Positions 35,270-47,272 of a DNA stretch of 64,000 nucleotides are shown here, piece after piece (within the stretch, counting starts at the first letter, position 1; the number at the start of each line of letters is the position of its first letter). Made by a program: the position numbers and the translations under genes. Source of the stretch: Callorhinchus milii (lineage: Eukaryota); assembly GCF_018977255.1 (NCBI RefSeq), contig NW_024704743.1, forward strand, positions 66,156,001-66,220,000, given 5' to 3'. The notes under the pieces are model-generated. The model was not told where the DNA came from and did no database searches. It was given only the letters and a program-made list of their open reading frames with translations.

Positions 35270-35765
35270 CAATCATCTTTCACCTCCCCACCTCCTCAGC
35301 TCTCATCCCCAGCTCAGGTGCCAATTCAGGACTGTCAAGCTTTTGTGATGTTCTCCCAACATGAAAGGCGCTTTATAAATGTAAATTTGTTCTTGTAGCA
35401 ACCCTATCACCCCCACACTCGCCCGATTCCACTGGCTTCCCATTACACAGAGGACACAGTTCAAGATCCTGTTCCTCACCTTCATAGCTCTCCATGGCCT
35501 TGCTCCCCACTACCTCTGCATCCTCCTGACCCCCTACCAACCAGCCTGCTCACTCCGTTCAGGAGTCTCCAGCCTGCTTCACATCTCCCGCCTAGCCCGC
35601 CCCACCATTGGCTGGCAGGCCTTCAGCCACTTTGCCCTCACCCTCTGGAATTCCATCCTGCAGTCCTTTCGCTTCACCTCCTCCCATGCCTCCTTCAAGA
35701 CCCCTCTCCTGTTCGACTTGTGCCTTCAGTCATCCTTCCTACCCCCCTGCCCTCCATCCTTCCCA
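35270..35765 (+). mobile_element. Two L2 3' fragments in tandem
   Basis: Tail at 35335-35395, then an LARFHWLPITQRTQFKIL-coding segment and 3' UTR. Confidence 0.82.
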
Positions 35766-35999
35766 ATCATATTTATACACATTGAATTCCAGTTGAAAGC
35801 TGAGATGGAAATTGCAGAAAGATCTGGCGTTTTTATCAGGAACCACCGTCACAGAAGTTAGCCCCTCAAAATTCAACGTCACAGAACCTGGTGAAAATTT
35901 GCAACCTGGGATGTGTTACTCAACATTTTGATGTAAAATGCCACCAATCAATGAAATGTCTTCATTTATTGGTTGCCCACAGATACGTTCAGCATGGTG

Positions 36000-36225
36000 G
36001 CTTTTTGTTTGGTGAGCTAGGTGTCTGCATTGTGCAAACCCATCACTATGCTTAAGAATATCCAAAACAGACAGGGTTCCCAATACATATGCCACTTACA
36101 CATGGAAGTTTCCCTGTGTCTGGAATAGAATGCACACTGCGTGCCTGGAGGGATGCACCCTATTTACTTAATTTCAGAGAATATTAGGTACAGGTTAGCA
36201 AGAGCCAAGGCTTGGGGTCCCCAGC
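36000..36225 (-). mobile_element. Terminal part of the ancient non-LTR family, reverse orientation
   Basis: Reverse complement reads tggggaccccaagccttggctc...ggatattcttaagcatagtgatgggttt...agctcaccaaacaaaaa, aligning with 9481-9700. Confidence 0.65.
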
Positions 36226-37686
36226 ATGTCTATATGGGATGATGACTTAATGGTGACCATTATGACAGAGCTGGAAATAGGTGGATCATGGGTGATGGGT
36301 CACACCAACTGATCAATAAATCAACAATTTGTCTGTATGAATTTTAAACAATTAATTAATTAGCATGACACAAGTCCCAATGCACACTCCAACATTACGA
36401 ATGTAAAACCAGCTTACCAATGTTGGAGCAGCGACTAACTTTCTCTTCGTATCCACTCTCTTCCTGACTGGTGAACTAAAGGCGGTATTAAAAGCAAAAT
36501 AGCAGGCCCATTGTGAGACAGTCAGCTGGATCATGTACCACAGAACCTGAGGTCTTGTTCAGCAGTCAATGTGGCTGGCTTGCCCTTGGTTCACTACAAG
36601 TGCTTCTCTCCTGGAATGTGACCACTCTGGAATCCATACTCCAATCCAGAGGCTCACTTTTTGTCTCCTGGGCTTTTCGAAGCTCACAACCAGGCACCCT
36701 GATGTTTCAGCATGGGAGGAGCTTATTACTAGGGATACATCATGAGGGTTAGGAGGTCAGACATGTGCCCTTCTGACCTTACATCATGTAATTGCTAGTT
36801 TGAGGTGACCTGCCAGGCCCCTGATCCCAGACAAAACCCTATTTTGGTTTGTGAGCCAGAGGAGGTTTTTCTGGCTCTCCCCAGCATTTTGCAAGACCAC
36901 CATTTGTGTCTTTGATGTGGTAGGAGAAGGTATACTCAGCAAGTCATGCACAACCTCTGTGGAGGGAAGGAGTGGGTGGAATTTCTGGGAGGCACACCAT
37001 CTTAAACAGACATCTCTGCTCCTGCAGAGAGCCGTTATGAACGCAACTACATCTTCCTGAAGAGGTCACAGGGAAGGAGGACAAATGGGCCATGGGAGCA
37101 GTTAATGAAACAGTGAGCTGCAGTTAGCCCAGCACTACAGCTTTCTTATTTTAGTTCATGAGCATTAGGTAGAATGGAATAATCCTCCTCTAAACAGGGT
37201 TGTCTTACTGGAGAGGGAGCAGCATTAAGTTCCACTGGAACATTGCTGGATAGGAAATGTACTGGTTCAGAGACAAGCTGGTTGCCACCTGCCCATTTCT
37301 CACCACCAGAGCTATTTTATCCTAGGCCGCCTCATTGACATAATGGAGCAGCCCACTCTAGGCTCCGCTGCTGTATTTTACTGAACCAGCACAAAGCTAC
37401 TGCACGAGTACAGTAAAATTGAATATGCTGTTGAAAATTTACATTACTCATACATCTTCTGTCATTCATTCATGATGTACTTTGTCAAACGCCTTTCAAA
37501 ATCTAGGTACACAATGTTGAATGGCTTCCCACATTCAATTTGGGATGTCCACAAGGATTAAGATAATGTTGTGACATGCCATTATAAATGTGATAGATTA
37601 TTCAGAAGTATACAAAAATTAAATATTTGTGTGTGAATAAATACACCGATTGTATGTGTCACATCCTAATCTAATCCACCACATAA

Positions 37687-37918
37687 TCCACACGCCTAAT
37701 AATAATAATCCCTCCAAAAACCAAAAACAATAATAAAATTGGTCATTTTCAATCTACGACTGTTTGTGGGACATTGCTGTGCGCAATTGGCTGCCGCGTT
37801 CGCCCACAAATGTACAGTCAATTCACTTTACAGTGTGTTCTGTGAAGCGCTTTGGGACGTCCTCCCGACGTGAAAAGCGCTATATCAAATGCAAGGATTA
37901 TTATTATTATTATTATTA
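37687..37918 (+). mobile_element. Young Deu SINE, 5'-truncated (no tRNA head)
   Basis: Starts at tccacacgcctaataataat; near-identical to 657-880. Confidence 0.9.
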
Positions 37919-38807
37919 TATGTTCTTCAGAGTATCATTACCTCATTGCGTGACTCTCAAAGTTGTTTCTACAAAAATGATGACCATTTGTGAAAGGCAG
38001 TTAACTCATACCAAACTGCAAAGCTAATAGCAGCTGCATTTGGTTTTACTGTATATACCTTATTATTTCACTTATTCCTTGATCCTCTTGATTTAGATGC
38101 CACACGTTAAAAACATCTGGGGATTTATAGCATGACGTAAACTCCTAGGTACAATGTAAGGGTCTGACTCTGTCACTTCATAAAACCATTAATCAAGCTC
38201 TGCACACAGGGCCAACTTTAAAATATCCTCAGATAACCTGACATTGGGCTCATTTGTACGAGACTGGCAGGCTAACAGACTCACACACAGTATGACCTTT
38301 GAGTATCACTGTGTTACGGTAGAAAACCGATGGCTTGCAAACAGGGTAAAGCAATTAATCTGAGTGTCTCATTTGCATCGGGTTCGAATTTGGAAATGGT
38401 GGTTTCTGGACTCAAAACATGATATGTTTGCCTATTTCTTGTAAGGATTATTAAATGCAAGGATGATTATTACTTCAGATTTTGTGTCACACTAGATGCG
38501 TCGAACATATTTTCTTTGATCTTCGTATTAGTGGCAGATCTTCACAACTTTAAAACAAAATGAGGCACTGCTCCAATGCTGCATTATCAGAAATTAATGT
38601 GTAAGTCAATGTTTCTCAGCCATGTTGACACCAGGGACCAGGTGAATTTGTCTTAAATTGTGCAGACCGTTTGTAAATGAGTCTGACAAATCACTCAATC
38701 TAGAGAGATCTCAGCTACAAATCAGGCACAAGATTATCACAGACTGTGGCCAGTCCTCTGGTGTACCATTCAGAAACACTTGTGTAAGCATGGAGGAAAG
38801 GGTTAGT

Positions 38808-39255
38808 ACAACAACAAAAATTACATTTGTATAGCTCCTTTCATGTCAAGAGGACGTCCCAAGGTGCTGGACAATCAGTGTTTCGGACACGAGCTGGGGG
38901 TCGGGATCGGGGAGAGTGGAAGACAGGAGGAGAAGGGTGGTAACTGAAGGCACGGTCGAAGAGGAGGGTCACGAGATGGGTGTTGAAGGAGACAAGGGTG
39001 GGAGCGAGGCAGAGGGACTGAGGGATGGAGTTCCAAAGGGTTAGGGTAGAGTGGCTGAAGGTCCGCCCACCAATCATGGGGCGGACGAGGCAGGAGATGT
39101 GAAGCAGGCCGGAGCCCGCTGAGTGGAGTGAACGGCAGGTTGGTAGGGGGCCAGAAGGTCGCAGAGGTGGGGGGGAGCAAGGATATTGTACTGTATCTTT
39201 TGTGTGATGGGAAGCCAGTGAAGTCGGGCGAGGATGGGGATGATAGGGTTGTGTT
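38808..39255 (-). mobile_element. L2 3' end
   Basis: (caa)n tail, ggacgtcccaaggtgctggac, peptide NPIIPILARLHWLPITQKIQ. Confidence 0.9.
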
Positions 39256-39899
39256 CATCCACAAAACACACAGTCACTCCACTTTACAGTATATTTTGTG
39301 AGTGCTTTGAGAGGTCTCAATGACATGATAATGTGCTACATTAAATATAAGGATTATTATTAACTTATTTTTATTATTATTGCTTCCACCCAAGCCTGTT
39401 CAACATAGACTTTTGCCTTAGGAATACAGGAACAACAACAGGAGGAGGCCATTCCGTATATTGAGCCTGTTTCACCAGTTTTAGATCTTGGCAGATCTTA
39501 GCCTTGGTAGAAAATCTCAGAATGACAGTTTCAAATCATAATTCAAGTCAGAATAGGATGAAACATTACCGTCAAATGTAAGTTACAAAACTATAGATAA
39601 CTTTTATTCAGTGAATCCAAACCTGTGCCTTGGGCTGAGTTTGATAAGTGTTGGGAATCCTCCAGTACTTCACACAAATAGACATTATATGGAGGTGGAC
39701 AATGAATGTTAGCAGGAAATTTAACCGAGGTTATTAGCCTCGATTTTATTCAAAAGATTTAAAATTATTTCATATATAATTACAACAACTTACGTTTCAT
39801 TTAAGCCCTTCTTGAATTCTTTGAGACGTTACCCATGTGAAGGATGCTATGTAAATGCAAGTTGTTGTTCATATAGGATAATGACTTGGAGCAAGTCAC

Positions 39900-40480
39900 A
39901 AGGACAGAAATTGACACTTGAGCAAGGAAGAAAGGGAAGTAGAGATGGACCGTAAGTGCGGTCAAAAAGTGTAGGTATTTAGATAGGATTTAAAGATAAA
40001 CAGAGAGGAAGTGAGATAGAGAGATGGAGTTCCAGAGGTTAGATGCATAGTAGCTGAAGGCTCAGTCACTAATTGTGACCGGGAGTAGTCAGGGAATCCA
40101 TAACAAACCCAAGTCAGCCGAATGGAGGAGTGAGCAGATGAGTACAGTAGGAGAAAGTCACAGAGATAGGTGGTGTTAAGGCATGAACGGATTTATAAGT
40201 AAAGGTGAGGTTCTTGAATCCATTGGGAGCCAGGAACTAGTGGAGACCAGTAACTACTGAGGTGATCGGCATGCTTGGTGGGGGTGAGTATGTGGGGGAT
40301 GGAGCTTATGGGTGATGGAACTAAGGAGAATGTATTGGAAATGTCTCATTGAGAAGTTAACAAGTACATTAATGAGGATTTCGGGAGAGTTTGGTATGAG
40401 ATAGGGGCATAGGTGGCAATGTGATGAAAGTGAAGAAAAAGAGGGTCTGAATGTTTAAAGGAAGCAAGGAAAGCTGATTA
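39900..40480 (-). mobile_element. Old L2 3' fragment
   Basis: gagatggagttccagagg, gctgaaggctc and gtgaggttcttgaa motifs of reverse-strand L2. Confidence 0.55.
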
Positions 40481-41029
40481 TCAAACTGAACACACTGGTT
40501 TGTTGAGTTTAGTTATAAATTGCCTTGATAGAATAGATTAATGAAAGGTAGATACAGTCATGGATTTTGGGAGAGGAGAACATCTTATTCTGCGTGGGTT
40601 TATAAATTTACAGATTTTGTCAGATTACAGATTACAGATAGTTCCAGTGGGATTTTCCCTATGTATAGTACCAAAAATGTTATGGGATATGAGGAGAGAG
40701 CTGGAAAGTTGGATTGATTTTGAAAAAAAGGTGATTTAGAAAAATGTGTACTGGGCATCAGGAGTAACTCATCAGCATCAACAACCCACATTTATATCAC
40801 CCCTATCACAAGAGGACAACTCATAGCTCTTTACACAGCTGACTGGGAACCCAACCTGGAAGGCCGGGGATGTGGGGGGGAGTTGGGGGTGGAAGGGAGT
40901 TGGCTGGGGGAGAGTTGGGGTGGGGGGTGCTGCTGGAATGCGCACTTGAAAAGACAGTTCTTCAGGAAGGTTAGCACAAGTGAGAGGACCTGGGTTTGAT
41001 TCCCGGGCGGGACAGGTTTCCTTATTGTT

Positions 41030-41200
41030 GTTTCCAGCAGGGGCCAGCCGGTAGCTGTAGGCTGGGCCGGGGTCTCGTGGACCCTGAGGTGGGGCGGGTG
41101 TCTCGGTGCCGGGGTCTTGGGGATCGAGTGGCGGCCATTACCTGATTAGGGGGAGCCGCCATTTTGGATTTTTATATTTTCCCGCGTGTCATCACTTCCA
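41030..41200. promoter_or_regulatory. Small CpG-rich segment with GC-box, YY1 and E2F consensus motifs (possibly TE-derived)
   Basis: ggggcggg 41091-41098, ccgccatttt 41156-41165, tttcccgcg 41178-41186. CpGs are retained, unlike in the surroundings. Confidence 0.3.
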
Positions 41201-41219
41201 CCTGCCAGATTTGATTCCC

Positions 41220-42262
41220 TGGTGGTAGGTATAGTATATCTCACATCGGCCAAATCGTCCTTCTATTCCAGGTTAATCCTGGAGGCGGAGGGCAATTCCA
41301 GGCTCCTGTTCTCCACCACCAATTGGCTCCTCCGCCCTCCCCGCCACACCTCGCAGATTCTTTCTTCTGACTCTCACTGTGAGGAAATGCTGGACTTCCT
41401 CGAGTCCAAAATTGAGGGAATCCACTCAGCTGCCACTGCCCTCCCAACTTCCCCCCATCCCCTCCCTATCCCTCCCACGCACACTCTGACCACTACCCAG
41501 CCCTTCTTCCACACCTTTGAGTCTGTCACCCCTTCCTCTGTCATCACCACCATATCCTCCAGGAAGCCCACCACCTGCTTCCTGGACCCCATCCCCACCC
41601 CTCTACTTAAATCTCAGCTCCACCTCCTTGCCTCATTACTCGCCGACATCATCAACCTCTCCCTGTCATCTGGCCCTGTTCCTACCCCTCTCAAAGCAGG
41701 CACTATCACCCCCACCTTGAAGAAATCTTTGTTTGACCTAACAAAAAGCTATCCAGCTACCGACCCATCTCCAGCCTTCCTTTTCTGTCCAATGTATTTG
41801 AGAGAGTCGTTGCCTCCTAGCTTCGCTCTTTCCTCTCCTCCCACTCCCTCCATGAGCCCCTCCAATCGGGTTTCCATGCTGCCCACAGCACGGAAACTGC
41901 TCTGGTCAAGGACACAAGTTACATCCTGATCATATGTGACCAGGGCTCCCTCTGCCTCCTCATGCTTCTCAACTTCTCTGTCACTTTTGGCACTGTGGAC
42001 CATTCAATTCTCCTCCACCGCCTCTCGTCCCACCTCAACCTCCAAGGTTCTGTCCTTGACTGGTTCAGGTCCTACCTTTCACACCGCCTCCATTTCGTCT
42101 CAACTAACGGCTACTCCTTCAGCCCTACCACCTCTCTGCCTTCCCTCACCCCTACCCCACCCCTCCCCCATGCTCAGGTTCTGACCCCTGACTGTCCAGA
42201 GCCTTGGGACGATCTCCCGACGTGAAAGGAGCTCTATAAATGTAATTGTGTTGTTGTTGTTA
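41220..42262 (+). mobile_element. L2 with the N-terminal RT region joined directly to the 3' UTR (internal deletion)
   Basis: ORF 41186..41929 KPTTCFLDPIPTPLLK...IINLSLSSG, then TVDHSILLHRL...VLDWFRSYLSHR, then a jump at about 42125 to the tail ending (gtt)n. Confidence 0.9.
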
Positions 42263-42522
42263 TTCCATACGCCTCTCTTTTCCTAGCAGTAAGTAGGAAC
42301 ACAGTTTAGTCAATTGGTGGATCGCTTTCCGGAGATAATAATCCCTCCAGAAAAAGAAACATTTGGTCACTCAATCCATTACTATTTGTGGGACACTGCT
42401 GCCGTATTTCACCCACAAAATATACAGTCAATCCACTTTACAATATATTCTGTGAAGTGCTTTGAGATGTCTCGATGACTTTATCAGGTACTATACCAAA
42501 TGCAAGGATTATTGTTATTATT
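42263..42522 (+). mobile_element. Deu SINE, long subfamily, 5'-truncated
   Basis: ttccatacgcctctcttttcctagcagtaagtaggaac..., partial Deu core, tail. Confidence 0.82.
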
Positions 42523-42779
42523 AAGGTGTCTACACTTTGGCTAGGGTTGTCAGAAATGATAAGGGTTAAACCATAAAATAAACATCTGACTGATTTTTTT
42601 AATGGTTTAGTTGATAATATTATAGTCTGATCAACTGAAAATCTTATTCTGTGGCAGTCAGTTTGTCCAGTGATTTAAGAAAGTGAGTATAACAATAATC
42701 TTTGCATTTGATGTAGCGCCTTATCCCATAGTTGAGACACCTTAGTGTCTAATTTTTAATTAGTACGTGAAACATTATC

Positions 42780-42975
42780 GTCCCCTGAACAGAAAAACAA
42801 GGCCTTTGTTTACTGTCTCATTGTAAGAACGGCATTTCTAACCATGCAGCACATTCCCAGCACTGCACTGGTATGTCAGCCTAGACTGTGTAAGCTAAAA
42901 GTCTCAAAATGAAGTTGAACCCACAACCTTCTGAGTCAGAGGCGAGAGTGCTACCAACTGAGCCAGGCTGAAACC
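42780..42975 (-). mobile_element. Older Deu SINE 5' half
   Basis: gaacccacaaccttctgagtcagaggcgagagtgctaccaactgagccaggctga. Confidence 0.8.
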
Positions 42976-43108
42976 TGATATAGGGTATGTTTATTGTTTC
43001 CGTCCTATTCATTGCTGGCAAGAATTTAACTTTACTGTTGGTCTAACAATGTTAGATATCTGCTTCCTTTGCTATCTGGAAAAATGTGCATCATCTTATC
43101 TAGTAAAT

Positions 43109-44406
43109 ATTACTTTCCACACTCACATATAGGCTATTTGGGCAGCTTTGGAGTTAATAGGATTCAAACCGAAAGCTCATCCTTGCAAATTCTGAATATC
43201 GTATATTTTATCACAATTATATGGTTGATGTCGCCCAGCATTGGGAAACTCTGAGTGTTGATGCAAATCAGTAATTTTCTATGTGCAGTCCAGCATGTTC
43301 CAGCAAGTTTAAACATTCAAGCTTTACTTATTTGTAGAGTTGATAATGTTTTATTTGTGCAACTGGTAATCACTGTACCATAGTTTGAGCAATCACCATA
43401 TTGCTTTGTATAACTTTCACCTATAGCAAAATTCTCTCATGTAAATTATGAACCACACATGTATAGCCCAGACACAAAGGAACTTAGGAGCACACATAGA
43501 ACCAGGGCATCAGCCCAGTGAGCCTGCACATCTCTTCTAACCAGGCCCCAAGCTTTCGTTCTCGCCAATCTATATCTAATAGTCTCTGGAATTAAGTAAG
43601 CAGAGTGCACCCACCCTGGGAGAGAGTTAGCATGCTTTCCATTTCACACAAAGAGAACTTTCCATATATTAGTGGCACACATATTATATATGCAGTATAT
43701 ATATATATATGGAATTCTCTGTCTGGTTTAGATACTCCGTAGCATGGTGATGCCTTCCGCATATGTCAGACACCCGGCTGACCAAGAAACAAAATGTAAA
43801 TTGACAAAGATGGGAAGATTGTCATGCCCAACTTAAAGGAAATTAAATCACAGTGCCAAAATTCAATGCTGTTCTCAACGCAAGTAATTAAATATTTTGA
43901 AACTAACAGAAATTTGGAAAACAATAAGATATATTTTGATTAACCACATAACAATATGAATAAAAGGTGGGGATAAAACACCAAATCATGTGAATTTTGA
44001 AAACTTGACATTTAGAAATATTATAGAAATGGCTTGGATGACATTTGTCTCAGATGATGCATCATCTTTGAAAATGTTTGTTCAATTTGCTTTTAAAAAT
44101 AACTTCAGGAAAAGATTTCTATATTCAGCAAGATATATTTTACAGCACGTGACTATAAAGAGATTTTTAAAATTTAATTACTGATAGTCTATTTCTATTT
44201 TAATTTTGCACCTGGATCTCATTCTGGGTTGAATCTGAGTTCAAATTACTTTCCACACTCACATATAGGCTATTTGGGCAGCTTTGGAGTTAATAGGATT
44301 CAAACCGAAAGCTCATCCTTGCAAATTCTGAATATCTTATATTTTATCACAATTATATGGTTGATGTTGCCCAGCATTGGGAAACTCTGAGTGTTGATGC
44401 AAATCA
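43109..44406 (+). repeat. 162-bp local direct duplication (43109-43270 and 44245-44406)
   Basis: Base-by-base comparison shows 2 substitutions in 162 bp; offset 1136 bp. Confidence 0.95.
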
Positions 44407-45204
44407 TGAAAGGTTGATTTAAGGCTTACACATATTATAAATATATTTTTAATAAAAATTTAGAAACCTTCCTTCACACTGACTCCTCTGATTCAAAAGG
44501 TTGATCTTGTGTTTATTGGTGCGTCATTGAATGAAAATCGTTTTGCGATTGAAGATTTTTAAAAATAAAAGTGGAATCTTGATTATCCGCTAATTTCAAT
44601 TATCTACCAGTTTCACTAACATCTATTATAGTGGATAATGAAAGTTCATGGTACAAATGACAGTTAACTTTTACATATGTGATACATATTTCAGATTTTA
44701 AGTGGGCAATACTTCCTTTACAATACAATAAAATGTAACGGCAGAAATTCCAGCTGGGTCTAGATTTATTCCATTGTCTTAGCATTACTGAGTGTCCAGA
44801 ATTTGAGAAACTGTCAAATGTTTTAAAGACTGGTTTCTGTAAATTCTTTCAAGAACTACAGAAAATCAGTTTCAAAGTTAAGCCTGAATTTAACAATTTG
44901 TGAAGTTCTGGATATCCTGATATAATACGAAAACAGAATAAATCTAAACCTAAGCAGAATTTCTTCTCAGTAATGCTTTTTCCTGTTAACAAGGTTCTAT
45001 AAGAATCACAATGCATAGACCAAAATTTCTGTAAACTTACCAACCTTGGCAATGTGAGTCTATCATGAAAAATTGCAATAATTAATTCACGCAGCCCAGC
45101 AGAGTTCAGGTATACTTGTTCTCAAAGATTGGCAAATTTCCTTTCTGAATTCTTGAGTGATACGAAAGTCTCAATACATGAAATTAGTGGTACGTTGAGT
45201 CTTT

Positions 45205-45960
45205 TTAACTCATCTTGGGATGTGTACAATACTGGCAGGGCCAGTACTCACCCAGTGATGGTTCATACTTTATTTAAGTTTCTCCTATTTTTGTGATGAT
45301 GGTGGTGCACCCACCATGGTGCTGGGCAGGGAGTTTGAAGGACTTTGACGCAGTGACAATGAAGGAGTGTAGTTGCATCCACCCAGGTGCGTAATGGATA
45401 TTCCATCACATTCTTGACTTGAATCTTATAGACTTTGAGGAGTTAGAAGGTGAACCACTCTTCACAAAGTACCCATCTTCTGCCCTGCTCCTCTGACCAT
45501 TGTATTGATATGACCGACCCAGGTTAAATATCTTGTCAATTATAATCCTCGGGATTACCTTAAAAAGCGTCTGCTACAGGAGTAGGGCAGGCAAATGGGA
45601 AGGAAACAACAACTTGCATTGTTTAGTGCCCTTCACACAGGTAACATCACATAGTACTTAATAACTGCTTAAAATCAAGCGGAAAGGGGAAGGGTTGAAG
45701 GAAGTGACCAAAGGCACGGCAGAAGAGCAAAGTCTTCATATATAATTTGAAGACAGAGAGAGGGGTCGGATGGAGGGACTTCCAAAGATTCATGACATTG
45801 AGCCTGAAAGCACTATGAAAGCACTGAAAGCATTGTTCTTTAGGGAGCTGGCGCAGACATGATGGGCTGAATGACTTTCTTCTATGCCATAAATTTCTAT
45901 GATTCTATGGTTCTAGGATGTTGATGGCGAGGTACTCAGCAATGGTTGTGTCATTGAATA
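45205..45960 (-). mobile_element. Old non-LTR retrotransposon 3' remnant, interrupted by L2 and CR1 tail fragments (about 45560-45913)
   Basis: tgggatgtgtacaatactggcagggccag...gggagtttgaaggactttgacgcagtgacaatgaagga and ggatgttgatggcgagg...tcattgaat resemble reverse-strand chondrichthyan LINE 3' sequence as I recall it. Confidence 0.5.
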
Positions 45961-46759
45961 ACTACAGTGTACTGTTTAGCATTTTTCATCTCAGTGAAAT
46001 GGGCAGAAAGTAAATGTGTTTCTTGATGATAAAAGAAAACATAATTTGAGGCTTTAAGGCTCAAATAACAAACACTATCTCTACCTTAGTGTTTGAATCC
46101 GTGTGTTGCAATGTATGAGGAAAACAACTTGAAAAGTAATTAGGAACTAATCACATTTTTTTTAGGTTTGCCTTTCAAAAGTTTCCTGAATAATATCCAT
46201 TATAAGAGATAAATGCTTGAAATGTAAGAATTTGCACTGCCATACCAACCAGTTATTTACCTTGAATTTGGCAAGATGCTACAGCTTTGACTCAAGGATA
46301 ACTCATCCCATCTTAGGTGATTTTTAAGCACTTTGCACAGAAATGTCTTCAGAATTAAATGCAGTGTGAAGTTAAGGGAGAAACATTTTGTCAATGAATG
46401 TGGGAGGATCGACACAGCGTACTGACTGGTAATGTATCATGTCCTGGTGAATGTCATTTATTTTGCTGTGGTTAGCGACACAAGGAATTTGTAGCCCAAA
46501 ATTCATGACAGCACAGCCCAACACTGCCCTCATCCAACAAGAGCATTATCAACTAACTCAGTACAAACTGAAACTCAAATCTCAGAACTTGTGATCTCTA
46601 TGCACTAAAATATTGGGGATCAAACACAATTTGAGAACAAGAACTGTGGATAACATATAAGCAATAAGTGCATTTGTCAAGATCTTGCACTTACGTTAGC
46701 ACCTTTCACAAAGAATGGGAGACAGAGGGATAAGCAGGGCCTCTCTGGAACTAAAATGG

Positions 46760-47272
46760 CTCCAAGATGACATGCTTGGTAAAGGAATGTCAGAAATGAG
46801 TCCAACTCTCTGTGGTAGTCTTGGTTGACCAGATCAAGGTGGGTACACAGAACTGTACGGCACTCCTCATGACAGATCAGCCAGCCTGGCTTATCTGTGG
46901 AACTCGGAGGTGCAGACTGGGAGCTGAGATGTTTCCCAGTCAAAGCCTTAATGGGTAGGATGGTCTTAGCTGGAGTAGTAATATGAAGCTTGCCAGACAG
47001 CGCTCTCAATAGCAAGCTATGTGGTTTTACATGGTTAAACTCCAACAGTACCTCAAAACACACTCTCTGGTCCCCAAGCCTTAGCTCTCATCAATCTGTA
47101 TCTAATACGCTCCAGAATTAACTAAGCAGGATGCTTCACTCCAAGGTTCATTCAATTCCAGGCAATTTCCATATCTAGGTGGTATACAGTTGGTGTCAGT
47201 CTGGTTTGGATATTTTTAAGCATGGTGATGGATTTTAGCATGTTTGAGACACTCAGCTGACCAAAGAAAATA
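46760..47272 (+). mobile_element. Ancient non-LTR family 3' region
   Basis: gctccaagatgacatgcttgg...tgccagacagc...ggtccccaagccttagctc...cagctgaccaaagaaaa aligns with 9170-9700. Confidence 0.65.

Noticed and set aside
45805..45834. tgaaagcac repeated three times (similar short doublets at 47388 and 52982)
   Set aside because: Ordinary replication-slippage micro-duplications; no spacer structure, so not CRISPR-like.
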